Positions 61,712 through 64,000 of a DNA stretch of 64,000 nucleotides are shown here, piece by piece. This stretch comes from Octopus vulgaris (lineage: Eukaryota), in contig OX597826.1 of NCBI GenBank assembly GCA_951406725.2, positions 79,236,001 through 79,300,000 of the forward strand, given 5' to 3'. The notes under the pieces are model-generated. The model was not told the origin of the DNA. It saw only the letters and a list, made by a program, of their open reading frames with translations, and did not search any database. The position numbers and the translations under genes were made by a program. Position 1 is the stretch's first letter. Each line of letters opens with the position of its first letter.

Positions 61712-64000
61712 TCCCCCACCCCCAATCATTGCTTGACAATTGGTGTTGGTGTGTTTACGTCCCTGTAACTTAGCAGTTTGGCAAAAGAGACTGATGCAAT
61801 AAGTACCAGGCTTACAAAGAATAAGTCCTGGGGTTGATTTCTTCAACTAAAGGCAGTGCTCCAGCATGGCTGCAGTCAAATGACTGAAACAAGTCAAAGA
61901 ACAAAAGAATAAGGGGCGTCTAGACAAGTAAGATAGATATCAAAGGGGTCCATAGACAACAAACTTTTGAGTATTACTGGTATAACAGTATGGTGTGGTG
62001 GTGTTATAGGCTCAGACTTCTTTGAAGAGGTCAGACATGGATTAATAGCGAATTCTCGTGACTAAGTGTTCCTGTCTCACATTTCCTTTTCTCGGTATTA
62101 AACAGACGTGATATTAATACAGTATCAGATTTCTTGTCTAGTTTCTGGAAATCTGATATTTGTGGAAAGCTGAGAATATTTTGCAAAAAGAAAAGTTGAA
62201 GATTGCCTTCGACTGGGATTTTCAACCCAGTGTTTACATACTGTTGTTTATAGCATTATGCGCTTCAAGATCCAGTTCCTTGAAAGAATTAGTTCAACTG
62301 ATTTTTAACATCAACATCATCATAATCATCTAATGCCTGTTTTCCATGCTGGCAGGGGTTGGACGGTTTGATAGGAGCTGGGCAGCTACTCCAGACTCCA
62401 CATCATCTGTTGTGGCATGGTTTCTACAGCTCGATGCCCTTCCTAATGCCAACCACTTTACAGAGTGTCCTGGGTGCTTTTCACATGCCACCAGCACAGG
62501 TGTATTCACACAGCACTGGCATGAGTGCATTTTACATGGCACCAGCACCTATAAAGGACCAGCCTGTATGTATGACAGCATTTAAAATTGGTTTGACATG
62601 TCTTCTCAAGTACAGCAAATTGCCACGTCTCATTTCATCAGTGAGGCCCAAGTATGAAAAAATTAGTAAAACCACTTTGTCATTATGAAGTTGGTGTTTG
62701 GAACCTAAATTAACATAAGATTTTGGTGAAAGGTTTTAATTTAGATCCCTTTAAGACAGTAAGATTATATCATATCCCCAAGGGTGGTCTCAGTTGGCTT
62801 GGTATCAGGAGGGTTAGAGGCAAAGTGCTTGTCAAGAAACCATGCAACCCCAACGAACGTTTCTGCCAGCTCCCCGCCTTACTCTATCTTGCTGCTCCCA
62901 CACCTTTCCTCCTTACTCCCTATCTATTTATTGCTCAATCCCACTCATGATTACCACCTCCTTGTTACTCATAGCCCTTCCTGCCTCCATCCCTTGCCTC
63001 GCTACCACCTGTGCTGACCACACACACTCCACTTCCCTCTCACCTCGCTTCTCTTCACAAGCCCCACACGTAGGAGGCTGTATTGTGTGAAACAGGAAGA
63101 AACAGCATTTGGATGATATTATTTTCAAGACTAAATAAACAGCCATGCTGTTATGTGTTACCTATTTAATTGTTTCTGGCACATATGGTTCTCTACATTC
63201 AGACAATGGAAGTTGTTGATATCCTACATTTTGGATGGCCACAAGGCTGGTTGCCTTGATGCCATGGATCAGGTGCAGAGCCTGCTGGCATTGGTGGTCT
63301 CTGAACTTGTCTCATACAGACACAGATCACCACGTTACTACCCAGCTGCGGACTTAGTGAACGGTCAATACGAGGAGTTGAAATGAAGTCTTTTGTTTTC
63401 ATTTTGTTTGTTTTATTTATTTGGATATAGTTTTTCAAGCATGGCTACAAGCACTTCTACTAGTGTTACTACGACTACTGCCGTTGGCATTATATAATAT
63501 GTCGTTCACGGCAACAATGTGATAAGACTTAAGCATTTGTAATGGGTAGAACGATGTATGTGTGTGCAAAGTTGTGTATGTGTGTTTATACACACGCGTA
63601 CGCGTGCACACACACACACACACACACACATTTGCACTTTGTGTGTGTGTGTGTGTGTATCCAAAGGTTGCATTTTTGTGTACTTTGCCCTACTCGAACA
63701 CCCATAACTTACTATTAATCTTGTGTGTATTTGTTTTTATGTGTGTGTGTGTGAGAGAGAGGGTGAGAGAGAGAGAGAAGTGGGGTGGGAGACAGCTTGA
63801 CAGGCATAACATGAGTGAGAAGCCTAATGGTTTGTACTGTTTAGGCAGTAGTATCATTATTAATAAGTATATAGAAGGAAATTTAGGTCTGAAATATTTT
63901 TGGTTCTTTATATATTTAATCTCGTTTCTGTTAAAAATTACCATTTTTTTTTGATAATCATACAAATATGTTTTAATTATAGAAACCTTTTTATGAGAAA

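Overview
AT-rich eukaryotic (animal) genomic DNA full of microsatellites and SINEs. The repeat landscape resembles an octopus/coleoid cephalopod genome (inference). The main gene is a complete 16-exon + strand ILVBL/HACL2 (acetolactate synthase-like, TPP-dependent 2-hydroxyacyl-CoA lyase 2). Its CDS spans 1871-27606 and splices through canonical GT-AG introns into one open frame of 1878 nt (625 aa + stop). A second + strand gene probably starts near 42.8-43.4 kb with one Ser/Thr-rich exon of unknown identity. The rest is transposon-derived: at least four SINE families, hAT/piggyBac/Tc1-pogo MITEs, two mariner relics, two non-autonomous Helitrons, and Tx1-, RTE- and R4/Dong-like LINE relics. 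Almost all ORFs in the supplied track are spurious. The most unusual signal is a set of minimal type-I hammerhead-ribozyme-like motifs of the Penelope-like element (PLE) kind. One lies downstream of a GIY-YIG C-terminal remnant. One lies in the tail of a tRNA-headed short element in a head-to-head inverted arrangement (a candidate PLE-mobilised SINE). One lies at the apex of a perfect 60-bp-arm palindrome. All were read by eye and none is tested.
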